Positions 56,216-63,301 of a DNA stretch of 64,000 bases are shown here, piece after piece. The stretch lies in the sequence record OR567511.1. One strand, 5' to 3'. The translations under genes were made by a program, and so were the position numbers. The DNA comes from Enterobacter phage vB_Ent31. The number at the start of each line of letters is the position of its first letter. Position 1 is the stretch's first letter. The notes beneath the pieces were generated by a model. That model was not told where the DNA came from. It ran no database searches and saw nothing but the letters and a program-made list of their open reading frames with translations.

Positions 56216-56428
56216 TCAGCGTTGTCCTGTATTAAGTTTGTGCTGAAGAACAGCCTTAACTTTATCGAGGTATTTTTGCAGCTGGCGTTTACGCAAATAG
56301 TCTGGACGTGCACCATGCTGGCGAAACTCTTCGTTTAGACTTGAGATAGCGTGGCCAATCTCGCACTTAATTTCTTCCAGTTGAGATACACCAAGATTAC
56401 GAAGTTGCTTATCGTTCAAATGCTTCAT
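56216..56428 (-). CDS. Hypothetical late protein (70 aa), rI.1 position
   Basis: Directly downstream of the only canonical late promoter in the window. RBS TGAGGTATGT-ATG. Confidence 0.5.
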   Translation of the reverse strand: MKHLNDKQLRNLGVSQLEEIKCEIGHAISSLNEEFRQHGARPDYLRKRQLQKYLDKVKAVLQHKLNTGQR

Positions 56429-56442
56429 ACATACCTCATTAG

Positions 56443-56468
56443 TTAGTAATAGTATTTATAAAGGGGAG
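56443..56468 (-). promoter_or_regulatory. T4 late promoter TATAAATACTATT preceded by terminator hairpin GGGGAGC-AU-GCUCCCC
   Basis: Minus-strand read: GGGGAGCATGCTCCCCTTTATAAATACTATTACT. The only exact TATAAATA on the coding strand in the window. Confidence 0.7.
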
Positions 56469-56487
56469 CATGCTCCCCAATTTAACT

Positions 56488-56871
56488 TTAGTCCCACAAC
56501 ATTTGGCACAGACCTTTCTCATACTTACGAGCAGCCTTTTCGTCCCAGTTATAGTCCGTACCGTTTCTCAACGAATGTTTGATTTCCATCTTGTGAAATA
56601 CACGAGGAATCGGTGAAGCATAGCGCATCCAGCGCAGAGTCTTCCAGAATGAATCACGATGGCGCTTTTTCATCATAGAAGCAAGCTCTAACGGTCTTTC
56701 CATGTTTTCGACAATTTTCTTATCAACGTATTTCTGCTGATATTCTTTGTCTTTCTTTGTCTTAACATATTCGGTATATCGTTTAATATAAGCGAATTCG
56801 TTATTCTTCTGGTCGTGCCATTTAGCTGAAGTTGTTACGTGCCAGCCTTTACGACGAATAGTTCTTGACAT
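56488..56871 (-). CDS. Hypothetical basic protein (127 aa)
   Basis: Lys/Arg/Trp-rich ORF upstream of the late promoter. Confidence 0.45.
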   Translation of the reverse strand: MSRTIRRKGWHVTTSAKWHDQKNNEFAYIKRYTEYVKTKKDKEYQQKYVDKKIVENMERPLELASMMKKRHRDSFWKTLRWMRYASPIPRVFHKMEIKHSLRNGTDYNWDEKAARKYEKGLCQMLWD

Positions 56872-56927
56872 ATCTACCTCTTGAGTTAAAGTACCTCAAT
56901 GGTAGTAAAATCCTGCTTTAAAATATT

Positions 56928-57038
56928 TCATGGTGATACTTTCCCTTCAATTAAAATCTTTAAGAATCCAAGTAAAGCTGCTATGATAAATCCAGCGGCT
57001 GGAAAAGCGAATAACCAAAATAATACTTCAATAGTCAT
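56928..57038 (-). CDS. Small hydrophobic peptide (36 aa)
   Basis: ATGA overlap with the upstream zinc-ribbon ORF. Single TM helix. Not in the ORF track. Confidence 0.2.
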   Translation of the reverse strand: MTIEVLFWLFAFPAAGFIIAALLGFLKILIEGKVSP

Positions 57039-57166
57039 CCTAATATTACCTTACATTTGCATTTTGGGCATTCAGCTTCTTTTACTCGAAGACGCTTTGT
57101 CTTTGTACGAGGAGCGGTATCATGGTCATAAACATGAAGACAACGATAACAGATGACTAATTTCAT
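57035..57166 (-). CDS. Small zinc-ribbon-like peptide (43 aa)
   Basis: CYRC...CPKCKC. Not in the ORF track. The plus-strand ORF 56899..57156 is its antisense shadow. Confidence 0.25.
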   Translation of the reverse strand: MKLVICYRCLHVYDHDTAPRTKTKRLRVKEAECPKCKCKVILG

Positions 57167-57193
57167 CAGTAGATAGCCTCGAAGATTTTTACA

Positions 57194-57778
57194 CTATTCA
57201 TAAATACCAGTCATTTCACACCAATGTTTTCGACAGAGTGAGACGTATTTGTCTTCACCACCTAATTCAATAGTATCACCTTCTACGATAGCATTTCCTT
57301 CTTGGTCAACACGAGCAACCATTGTTGCTTTACGACCACAATGGCAAACACCCTTCAGTTCGCAGAGTTTATCTGCAGTCGCCAGAAGAGCGGCAGAGCC
57401 CTTAAATAGGTTACCACGGAAATCTGTACGAAGTCCATAGGCCATCACTGGAGTGTTATAGAGGTCAACAATCTGACATAACTGAAGTACATGAGACTGA
57501 GTCAAGAATTGAGCTTCATCAACAAACACACAATGAATATCTTTTTGAGTCTGTGCCCATTTGAAGAACTCAAGAATGTCCATGTCTTCAGTGATGGTAT
57601 TTGCTTCAGCATGTAGACCAACACGAGATACAACTTCATTTGCTGAATCTCGTGTGTCAATAGCCGGTTTAAGAATGAGTGTTCCCATTCCACGCTCTTT
57701 ATAGTTATGAGCTGCTGTAAGCAGAGATGCTGATTTACCAGCGTTCATTGAAGCATAGTTAAAATAAAGCTGAGCCAT
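57194..57778 (-). CDS. tk: Thymidine kinase (194 aa)
   Basis: P-loop NAGKSASLL, VFVDEAQF and the C-terminal Zn ribbon CHCGRKA...SLCRKHW are near-identical in pattern to T4 Tk. Confidence 0.9.
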   Translation of the reverse strand: MAQLYFNYASMNAGKSASLLTAAHNYKERGMGTLILKPAIDTRDSANEVVSRVGLHAEANTITEDMDILEFFKWAQTQKDIHCVFVDEAQFLTQSHVLQLCQIVDLYNTPVMAYGLRTDFRGNLFKGSAALLATADKLCELKGVCHCGRKATMVARVDQEGNAIVEGDTIELGGEDKYVSLCRKHWCEMTGIYE

Positions 57779-57987
57779 TACTTTGGTTCCTCAAATTCAA
57801 TCCAGTCTGGGGTGTTTTGGAAAATTCCTTCGCCTACATGGTTTTCACACCCTTTATTAGAGCAATAGTTCCAATAGTCCCAATCACACGCCATTTCATC
57901 ATTACAGAGCGCAAATACTACTGGCCATTTACACTTCTTACACCGCTTGTTTTTATAGATGTAAGTTTGCATTATTCGCCGTCCCAA
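57778..57987 (-). CDS. Cys-rich small protein (69 aa)
   Basis: CKKCKWP...C..C...CSNKGC. Confidence 0.4.
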   Translation of the reverse strand: MGRRIMQTYIYKNKRCKKCKWPVVFALCNDEMACDWDYWNYCSNKGCENHVGEGIFQNTPDWIEFEEPK

Positions 57988-58427
57988 TCAACTACAATAA
58001 TATTAACATTCGTAGTGAACATATTAATTAGTGCTTCAATTTTTTCCCAATCACCACCAGCGATGCCAGCACCAATACGAGGAATATAAACATCCATTTT
58101 GAACAAAGACCCAGATAAGAATTTGTCCATTTTCTGAAAAGCATTAACTAATGCACCATAATCAAGATTAGGACCAGGCTCATATTGAGTGTAAAGATTA
58201 AAGCAAGCACCACCATTTAATGCTAACGCTAAGCTAAAAGTTCCAAGCTTTTTATGGTCAGCATAATCTGTAGCTGCTTTATCAGTTGACAAAATAACAG
58301 GAAATTTTGAAGCAAGTTGTCCTGCTACGCCAGCACCCATAGTATGGAAACAGTTACAACCATGAGCAATGACTTTGCCTTCAGAATACAGCTTAACAAT
58401 ATCACCTTTAATGTAATTTACAATCAT
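57972..58427 (-). CDS. Macro-domain protein (ADP-ribose binding/hydrolase family), 151 aa
   Basis: VIAHGCNCFHTMGAGVAGQLASKFP is the N-terminal Gly-rich ADP-ribose-binding loop of macro domains. IGAGIAGGDW is the second Gly-rich loop. Confidence 0.55.
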   Translation of the reverse strand: MIVNYIKGDIVKLYSEGKVIAHGCNCFHTMGAGVAGQLASKFPVILSTDKAATDYADHKKLGTFSLALALNGGACFNLYTQYEPGPNLDYGALVNAFQKMDKFLSGSLFKMDVYIPRIGAGIAGGDWEKIEALINMFTTNVNIIVVDWDGE

Positions 58428-58843
58428 CTTTTCCTCAACTCAGGTATGCTTTTAAATTGATAAGTAGCGTAGTTTTCGAATTCATCGTAAACTCGCACAT
58501 AAATTTCTTCGCCACATGTTAAATTCTTAAAAGACTTCAAATCTCTTTCAGAAAAATCTATCGATACTCCATTGATGATTCCGGAGGATTTGGCTCCGCA
58601 ACCTCGAAAATGAATTGAACCACCCGGAATAATAGCTTGGTCTTCTTTGCTGGAGTAATTGTAAAATGATACACCAAAAGCTTTCTTTTTCGGATAGTAA
58701 GAAACTTCAATATTCTTTTTAAACGAACCAGTTGTTTCAACTAGCTTACCATCAATAGCGTAGATATTATCAGGATAGCCTGGGAGTTTTTCCCAGGCAT
58801 TTACCGATAATGGTAGAGCTAGCAGAAATGCTGCTATTTTCAC
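58424..58843 (-). CDS. Secreted protein with signal peptide (139 aa)
   Basis: MKIAAFLLALPLSVNA signal peptide. Confidence 0.5.
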   Translation of the reverse strand: MKIAAFLLALPLSVNAWEKLPGYPDNIYAIDGKLVETTGSFKKNIEVSYYPKKKAFGVSFYNYSSKEDQAIIPGGSIHFRGCGAKSSGIINGVSIDFSERDLKSFKNLTCGEEIYVRVYDEFENYATYQFKSIPELRKR

Positions 58844-59166
58844 TTAGATAATCCCGCTATATACACCCTCAATAACGTGTCACGATATTCTTCGCAAACA
58901 TTCATATCAGGTGCATTATCACACAACGACTCCAGGTCTTTAGCCTTACGAGCCACCAAGGTAGACCATTTAAAGCGGCTACCAGAATCAGTTTGTCCTT
59001 CAGCGTAAGTTTTGTCAAAGTCAAATGACAAAATGTTCAAACACTCCGTATTAGTCTTAGTGCAGAATTGCTTTGCTAATGCCAGGGAATCGTCCTGCTC
59101 AGTAGCAAAATCCATCTTACACCCAGATAGAGCAACAACTACTAGAAGTACAAACAGCTTTTTCAT
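58840..59166 (-). CDS. Predicted lipoprotein (108 aa)
   Basis: MKKLFVLLVVVALSGC lipobox. Confidence 0.55.
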   Translation of the reverse strand: MKKLFVLLVVVALSGCKMDFATEQDDSLALAKQFCTKTNTECLNILSFDFDKTYAEGQTDSGSRFKWSTLVARKAKDLESLCDNAPDMNVCEEYRDTLLRVYIAGLSK

Positions 59167-59714
59167 TATTCCACCGTATAATGAAGCATTTTACGAGATT
59201 TCAAGTAATTCGCCTTTGCTAATACATCAGAGGCGTACTTGTTACCGGCTTTCCACTTGTTTCCAGCGTTATATGACGCTATGGCTTTTCTCATATCACC
59301 GTTATGACGGTCCAACCAATAGCTTAATTCAATGTACGCCCAAGAGGCGGAGTGCTTCCGGTTCTTTAGCATGCGGATGATTTCAGCGTCTGTCATTGAC
59401 CATCCGGCTTGTTTAACTCTTTCCCTAAGTGTAGGAAGATAATTTTGAAATATCCCGTAGGCGTGGTGGCCTTGTTTACCGGTTGTAATTACTCCAGCAG
59501 AACTTTCCTGCCAGGCTAATGCAGCCATGATATAACCAAGTCCATTGTTATCATACCGCTTACTGGGTTCTTTAAACTTCCCATTCTTCTGAAATTGTTC
59601 ACCAAACGAATATGCGTAATGCAAATTGTCGAGTTGGACATTACTGAAGGTGTGTTCGGACGCGAATCCTAGAGACGAAACTAGGAGTAACGCCGCGCAT
59701 AGAGCTTTTTTCAT
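59166..59714 (-). CDS. Secreted lytic-transglycosylase-like protein (SLT domain), 182 aa
   Basis: Signal peptide MKKALCAALLLVSSLGFA. SLT motifs ALAWQESS (catalytic E-S), AYGIFQ and YNAG. Confidence 0.6.
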   Translation of the reverse strand: MKKALCAALLLVSSLGFASEHTFSNVQLDNLHYAYSFGEQFQKNGKFKEPSKRYDNNGLGYIMAALAWQESSAGVITTGKQGHHAYGIFQNYLPTLRERVKQAGWSMTDAEIIRMLKNRKHSASWAYIELSYWLDRHNGDMRKAIASYNAGNKWKAGNKYASDVLAKANYLKSRKMLHYTVE

Positions 59715-59732
59715 GTTTACCTCAAATTAAAG

Positions 59733-60203
59733 CTATAACTTGATAATCTTTGTGCTGATTTTACCTTTCAAGCGTTTATCATTTACAAATGCCATGCGAC
59801 ATTGCATGGAATGACCACGGAACGGATGTTCTGGGTTTGGTAAAGAAACAGTCATTCCAAGCCATAGAGTACCATCTGTGATTTCCAGACGTTGAGGTCT
59901 GTACTCTACTTCTGGGTCAATTTCCGATGGGTCAATTGGAAGCATCGGCATTTCTAAGAACTCGTGAATTTCTGTTACATGTTTGTGTACTTTGTGGAAC
60001 AGAGCGAACACATACTCTTCATCAATTTCTCGCTGGATAGCACGGTCCAGGAGGTGATTAGAATATTTAATAAAGAAAGCTGGAATACCAGCAGATGCGC
60101 AAGCACTACGTATAGAATCGTTTACACTCTTGAATTCAGTCTCAAAGCGACGACGTAGCTTGTTTCGGCGGATGAATACTTCTGGGTTGGTTGTCATTTT
60201 CAA
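59733..60203 (-). CDS. regB: RegB sequence-specific endoribonuclease (156 aa)
   Basis: EVFIRRNKLRR.FE.EF...N..IR.A..AG......KYS.HLLDRAIQREIDE.YVF.LFHK matches T4 RegB. Confidence 0.85.
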   Translation of the reverse strand: MKMTTNPEVFIRRNKLRRRFETEFKSVNDSIRSACASAGIPAFFIKYSNHLLDRAIQREIDEEYVFALFHKVHKHVTEIHEFLEMPMLPIDPSEIDPEVEYRPQRLEITDGTLWLGMTVSLPNPEHPFRGHSMQCRMAFVNDKRLKGKISTKIIKL

Positions 60204-60218
60204 TCTCCTTTGTTGATA

Positions 60219-60253
60219 GGGCTATAGTATCATAGCCCTTGGAGAAAGTAAAT
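60219..60253 (-). promoter_or_regulatory. Early-promoter cassette ATTTAC-N18-TACTAT with hairpin GGGCUAU-GAUACU-AUAGCCC (near-identical repeat of 8847-8881)
   Basis: Minus-strand read: ATTTACTTTCTCCAAGGGCTATGATACTATAGCCC, then AAGGAG-ATG of regB. Confidence 0.55.
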
Positions 60254-60255
60254 AG

Positions 60256-60486
60256 TCAGTAGTTGTGGTCATCGTAGAACACTTGAAGCAGAACATTGCT
60301 GCGCAGCTTCTTGGTGTCAGCGATGCGTTGGCGGAGCTTGGAGATTTTATCCTGAACCGCATTGAAAGCATCAGAAGTCTTAGGGTCGTGAAGACCCATA
60401 GACTCATCCACAAGCTGCTCCATCTTTTCTTCCATAGCATTGATAGCTTCAGAGAAAGACTCGGAGACTTTGTTGCGGATAGACAT
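60256..60486 (-). CDS. Hypothetical protein (76 aa from Met-15)
   Basis: An ATGA overlap with the upstream ORF stop supports the start at 60486. Confidence 0.4.
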   Translation of the reverse strand: MSIRNKVSESFSEAINAMEEKMEQLVDESMGLHDPKTSDAFNAVQDKISKLRQRIADTKKLRSNVLLQVFYDDHNY

Positions 60487-60764
60487 TAATACTTTTCTTC
60501 TGGTTGGAATACTGAACGGCATGCCCACATAGAAGCTTCTTTCAAACGATCAATTGCATTACGAATCTGAGTGATTCTAGAATGAGCTAGATCGAATTCT
60601 TCGTCGCTTATAGTATCAACATCCAAGTCCATGTATACTTTTACATGCTCTTCTTCAAGAGCTTTAAAAATGAGCCCAAGACGAACTTCAGCATCTTTGA
60701 TGGCGTTCACTTTACCGATTTTATCATCGGTATGCGGCTTATAGCCCTTGATATCTTCAATCAT
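60486..60764 (-). CDS. Hypothetical protein (92 aa)
   Basis: ORF only. Confidence 0.45.
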   Translation of the reverse strand: MIEDIKGYKPHTDDKIGKVNAIKDAEVRLGLIFKALEEEHVKVYMDLDVDTISDEEFDLAHSRITQIRNAIDRLKEASMWACRSVFQPEEKY

Positions 60765-60925
60765 TCAGCTTTCCTTAATTTAAAAATTTGACCCGTAGGA
60801 GAAACCATTTTCTGAAGACCCCACGTTTTACCATAACCTGCTTCTTCAGCAGATTTGTAATTGAATGGAGAAGGAGATTCATCCACTTCATCTTCCAATT
60901 CATAATCTTTACGTTCAATTGACAT
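60761..60925 (-). CDS. Hypothetical protein (54 aa from internal Met)
   Basis: RBS GAGGAAATTCCTT-ATG at 60925. Confidence 0.35.
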   Translation of the reverse strand: MSIERKDYELEDEVDESPSPFNYKSAEEAGYGKTWGLQKMVSPTGQIFKLRKAE

Positions 60926-61154
60926 AAGGAATTTCCTCGTCAGTTTCTTTATCATACTCACGAATTTTGATTGGTTCATTAATTCCATAACCACTTACAG
61001 TAAGACCAGTTTTAGCATCTTCCCACTGCATTGTTTTATCATTCCACACACCGTTAGCATGTGCTTCCATTAAATCTTGTTCGCCTTGGTTTGAAAACCA
61101 GCCGCAGAAAGATTCAACCAGGTGGTCGGGGATGTCGATAATAATTTGCGCCAT
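60915..61154 (-). CDS. Hypothetical protein (79 aa)
   Basis: RBS GGAG-N6-ATG. Protein-like composition. Confidence 0.5.
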   Translation of the reverse strand: MAQIIIDIPDHLVESFCGWFSNQGEQDLMEAHANGVWNDKTMQWEDAKTGLTVSGYGINEPIKIREYDKETDEEIPYVN

Positions 61155-61489
61155 GTTGGCTCCAAAGAAATGACCCTGCGGTCGTAAGTAATTAAGCTTG
61201 AAGTTTTGATGCCTTTACAAGGACCAGAGATAAACTCTACTTCAAACCATGAATGCTCATTCATCAGACCAACATCTGGCGAAGTGCAGAGGAATAATGA
61301 GCCTTTAAAAGGTCCATCTAAAAATCGATACAGCTTTGGTTCAAGAACTGCGCCATCTGAAAACTTGATATGCAGAATATTAATCAAAGACTCTACATTA
61401 CATTTTCCAGTAGAACGCAAAAAGCGAATATATTCACCAATTGTCATATCAAGGGCCCGAAGGCCCTTATTAAAATTTTCTTTCATCAT
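61070..61489 (-). CDS. Hypothetical protein (139 aa; alternatively starts at 61450)
   Basis: Overlaps the next gene by 85 nt at its 3' end. A full GGGCCTTCGGGCCC hairpin lies inside codons 8-13. Confidence 0.35.
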   Translation of the reverse strand: MMKENFNKGLRALDMTIGEYIRFLRSTGKCNVESLINILHIKFSDGAVLEPKLYRFLDGPFKGSLFLCTSPDVGLMNEHSWFEVEFISGPCKGIKTSSLITYDRRVISLEPTWRKLLSTSPTTWLNLSAAGFQTKANKI

Positions 61490-62073
61490 TGCATTCCTAT
61501 CACAAAGAACAATGGTAATGCTTCTTTACCCGGAGCGTGAGACTGAGTAATGCAAGCATAAAATGGACCTTTGAAATGGGCTTCATAGAACTTTTCCATT
61601 TCAGGGAGTTTCATTGGTTCTTCTATAATATACAAGATTCTGTTAAGCGTTCGACCGCGAGCCTTTGAACCACCATCACTAAGGAAACTTCTCGTGGTGT
61701 CCATGATTATCATGCGTTTGGCTTCTTCTGGATTTGCTTGATGAATGAGTTCTTTCTCATAACAAGCTCTTATTCTTTTAGCTGTTTCTTCAGAGTTTCG
61801 TTGGTGAGTGCTAATAATCCAGACGGTTCCACCATCATGTAACCAATCTGCTGCAAATTCAGCAACAGCTTTAGTTTTACCTGATTGGCGTCCACCATCG
61901 ATTTTTAGCGTAGCATATTCGCGTAGAATATCTACAGGAGTGTAATGACTTTCTTTGAGGATTTCTATACAATCATCAGCACGGATTTTAAATGCATGCA
62001 TCAGGGATAGATATGGAGCAAATAGAGATTTCATTTTCATAGAGTTACCATTAGTGAGGGCCATCCTTGGCAC
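61486..62073 (-). CDS. P-loop NTPase-like hypothetical protein (195 aa)
   Basis: GGRQSGKT Walker A-like motif. The start codon is uncertain (GTG in the track; weak RBS for the ATGs). Confidence 0.45.
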   Translation of the reverse strand: MPRMALTNGNSMKMKSLFAPYLSLMHAFKIRADDCIEILKESHYTPVDILREYATLKIDGGRQSGKTKAVAEFAADWLHDGGTVWIISTHQRNSEETAKRIRACYEKELIHQANPEEAKRMIIMDTTRSFLSDGGSKARGRTLNRILYIIEEPMKLPEMEKFYEAHFKGPFYACITQSHAPGKEALPLFFVIGMQ

Positions 62074-62310
62074 GCTATAGTCCTTTCGATACCACGTGTA
62101 AACCCCTTACCGCCGCGGGCTGACCTTATTACAGGTGGGAAAGGCCCATTCTTACGAGAGGGTTGGTTCACCTTTTTTACAGCCACCGAGATTGGTGGGA
62201 CCCTGATTGTAACTGGCTTTACCGCACTTGGGCTCGACCTTTTCACAGGTACCAGAAGCTACTTCACTCAGAGGACACGACGTTCATGAGGAGAGGTCCA
62301 GGTTGGCTTT

Positions 62311-62724
62311 TTAAGAGTAGATAGCTACTCCATAATGCTTGTACCACTCAGGACGTTGAGCAATTTTCTCGTTTAAACGTTCTTGAGACAAACGAATAGC
62401 ACGGTCAGTTGGAATATAGTCATTGCACCACTCGGGCGGAATGTCACTAATATCAACTGTTGTGTCTTTTATATTGAAACCTCGTTTCAAACATTCAGCA
62501 ATGATAGCTTCTTGTCGCTTACGAAGAAATTCAAGTTTGTTGTAAAAGAACGTTACATGGCCTGAACCAAGAATAAAGTGTTCAGAAATCTTAAACTGCC
62601 AGACCTTTTTACCATTAGCAATATGCTTACGAACAGCACCGAATACTCGTGGAAGCTCGCGGTATTCGGCAATGAGATGCTGGTCTGCAAGTTCAGAAAC
62701 GAGTGTGAGATTAATGCGAGTCAT
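62311..62724 (-). CDS. denV: Endonuclease V (pyrimidine-dimer DNA glycosylase), 137 aa
   Basis: [37 protein letters not shown] is near-identical to T4 DenV. Confidence 0.92.
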   Translation of the reverse strand: MTRINLTLVSELADQHLIAEYRELPRVFGAVRKHIANGKKVWQFKISEHFILGSGHVTFFYNKLEFLRKRQEAIIAECLKRGFNIKDTTVDISDIPPEWCNDYIPTDRAIRLSQERLNEKIAQRPEWYKHYGVAIYS

Positions 62725-62727
62725 AGT

Positions 62728-62780
62728 GTCCTCCGTTTGTTTAGGAGGACATCATATCACAAAATCTCTAGGATGTAAAC
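62728..62780 (-). promoter_or_regulatory. Early promoter GTTTAC-N18-TATGAT, plus a GUCCUCC...GGAGGAC hairpin that sequesters the denV RBS
   Basis: Minus-strand read: GTTTACATCCTAGAGATTTTGTGATATGATGTCCTCCTAAACAAACGGAGGACACTATG. Confidence 0.55.
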
Positions 62781-63268
62781 TACTCGTATGCCTTCCACGT
62801 TCCAGTACGGAATGTTTCAATTACTCGTTTAGCACGATTTGGTGTCTGACGATACCACTTCGAATTAGCGAGTTCTTTCGCAGCTGCTTCCCATTGATGA
62901 GATTTAAGCAAGCGCATTGACGCTGGGAAACCAGCTACACCTGCTACACCCATCTGAAACACCATATTAATAAGTGCAGCTCGACGAACTCCATCAAGTA
63001 CATCATATACTGGTTTTAATACAGCATTTCCGAGAATCCCTCGAGTTGCTTTATCGACGTCTTTCGCAAAAATAGCTTCTGCTTCAGCTTTTGTGATTTG
63101 ACCATTACATGGACGCCCCACAAGCTTATCAAGTTCTCGTTTAGCAACATCAAGAGAAGGGTCACGTGTCAAAAGGTGACCAATACCGATTGTCCAAAAA
63201 CCTTCGGTATCTTTATAGATTTTAGAATCGTATCCTTCATCAATACGAAGCATGCCAAAAATGTCCAT
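62780..63268 (-). CDS. e: Endolysin (T4 lysozyme e), 162 aa
   Basis: MLRIDEG...[16 protein letters not shown]...NMVFQMG..GVAGF...NRAKRVI.TFRTGTW is near-identical to T4 lysozyme, with the catalytic Glu/Asp/Thr context conserved. Confidence 0.92.
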   Translation of the reverse strand: MDIFGMLRIDEGYDSKIYKDTEGFWTIGIGHLLTRDPSLDVAKRELDKLVGRPCNGQITKAEAEAIFAKDVDKATRGILGNAVLKPVYDVLDGVRRAALINMVFQMGVAGVAGFPASMRLLKSHQWEAAAKELANSKWYRQTPNRAKRVIETFRTGTWKAYE

Positions 63269-63301
63269 GAGGACCTCCTATTAGTTGATAGGAGTATTTA
63301 T

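Noticed and set aside
56899-57156. Plus-strand 85-aa ORF between tk and the basic 127-aa gene
   Set aside because: It is antisense to two tandem small minus-strand ORFs that have RBSs and ATGA overlaps, so it is a shadow ORF.
62037-62246. 69-aa ORF in the GC-rich island downstream of denV
   Set aside because: It has a Pro/Arg/Gly-rich nonsense-like composition and no RBS. I treat the region as non-coding.
62074-62310. Possible tRNA in the non-coding island
   Set aside because: I found no GTTCGAATC-type T-arm or matching acceptor stem on either strand by eye. It needs tRNAscan/Infernal to settle.
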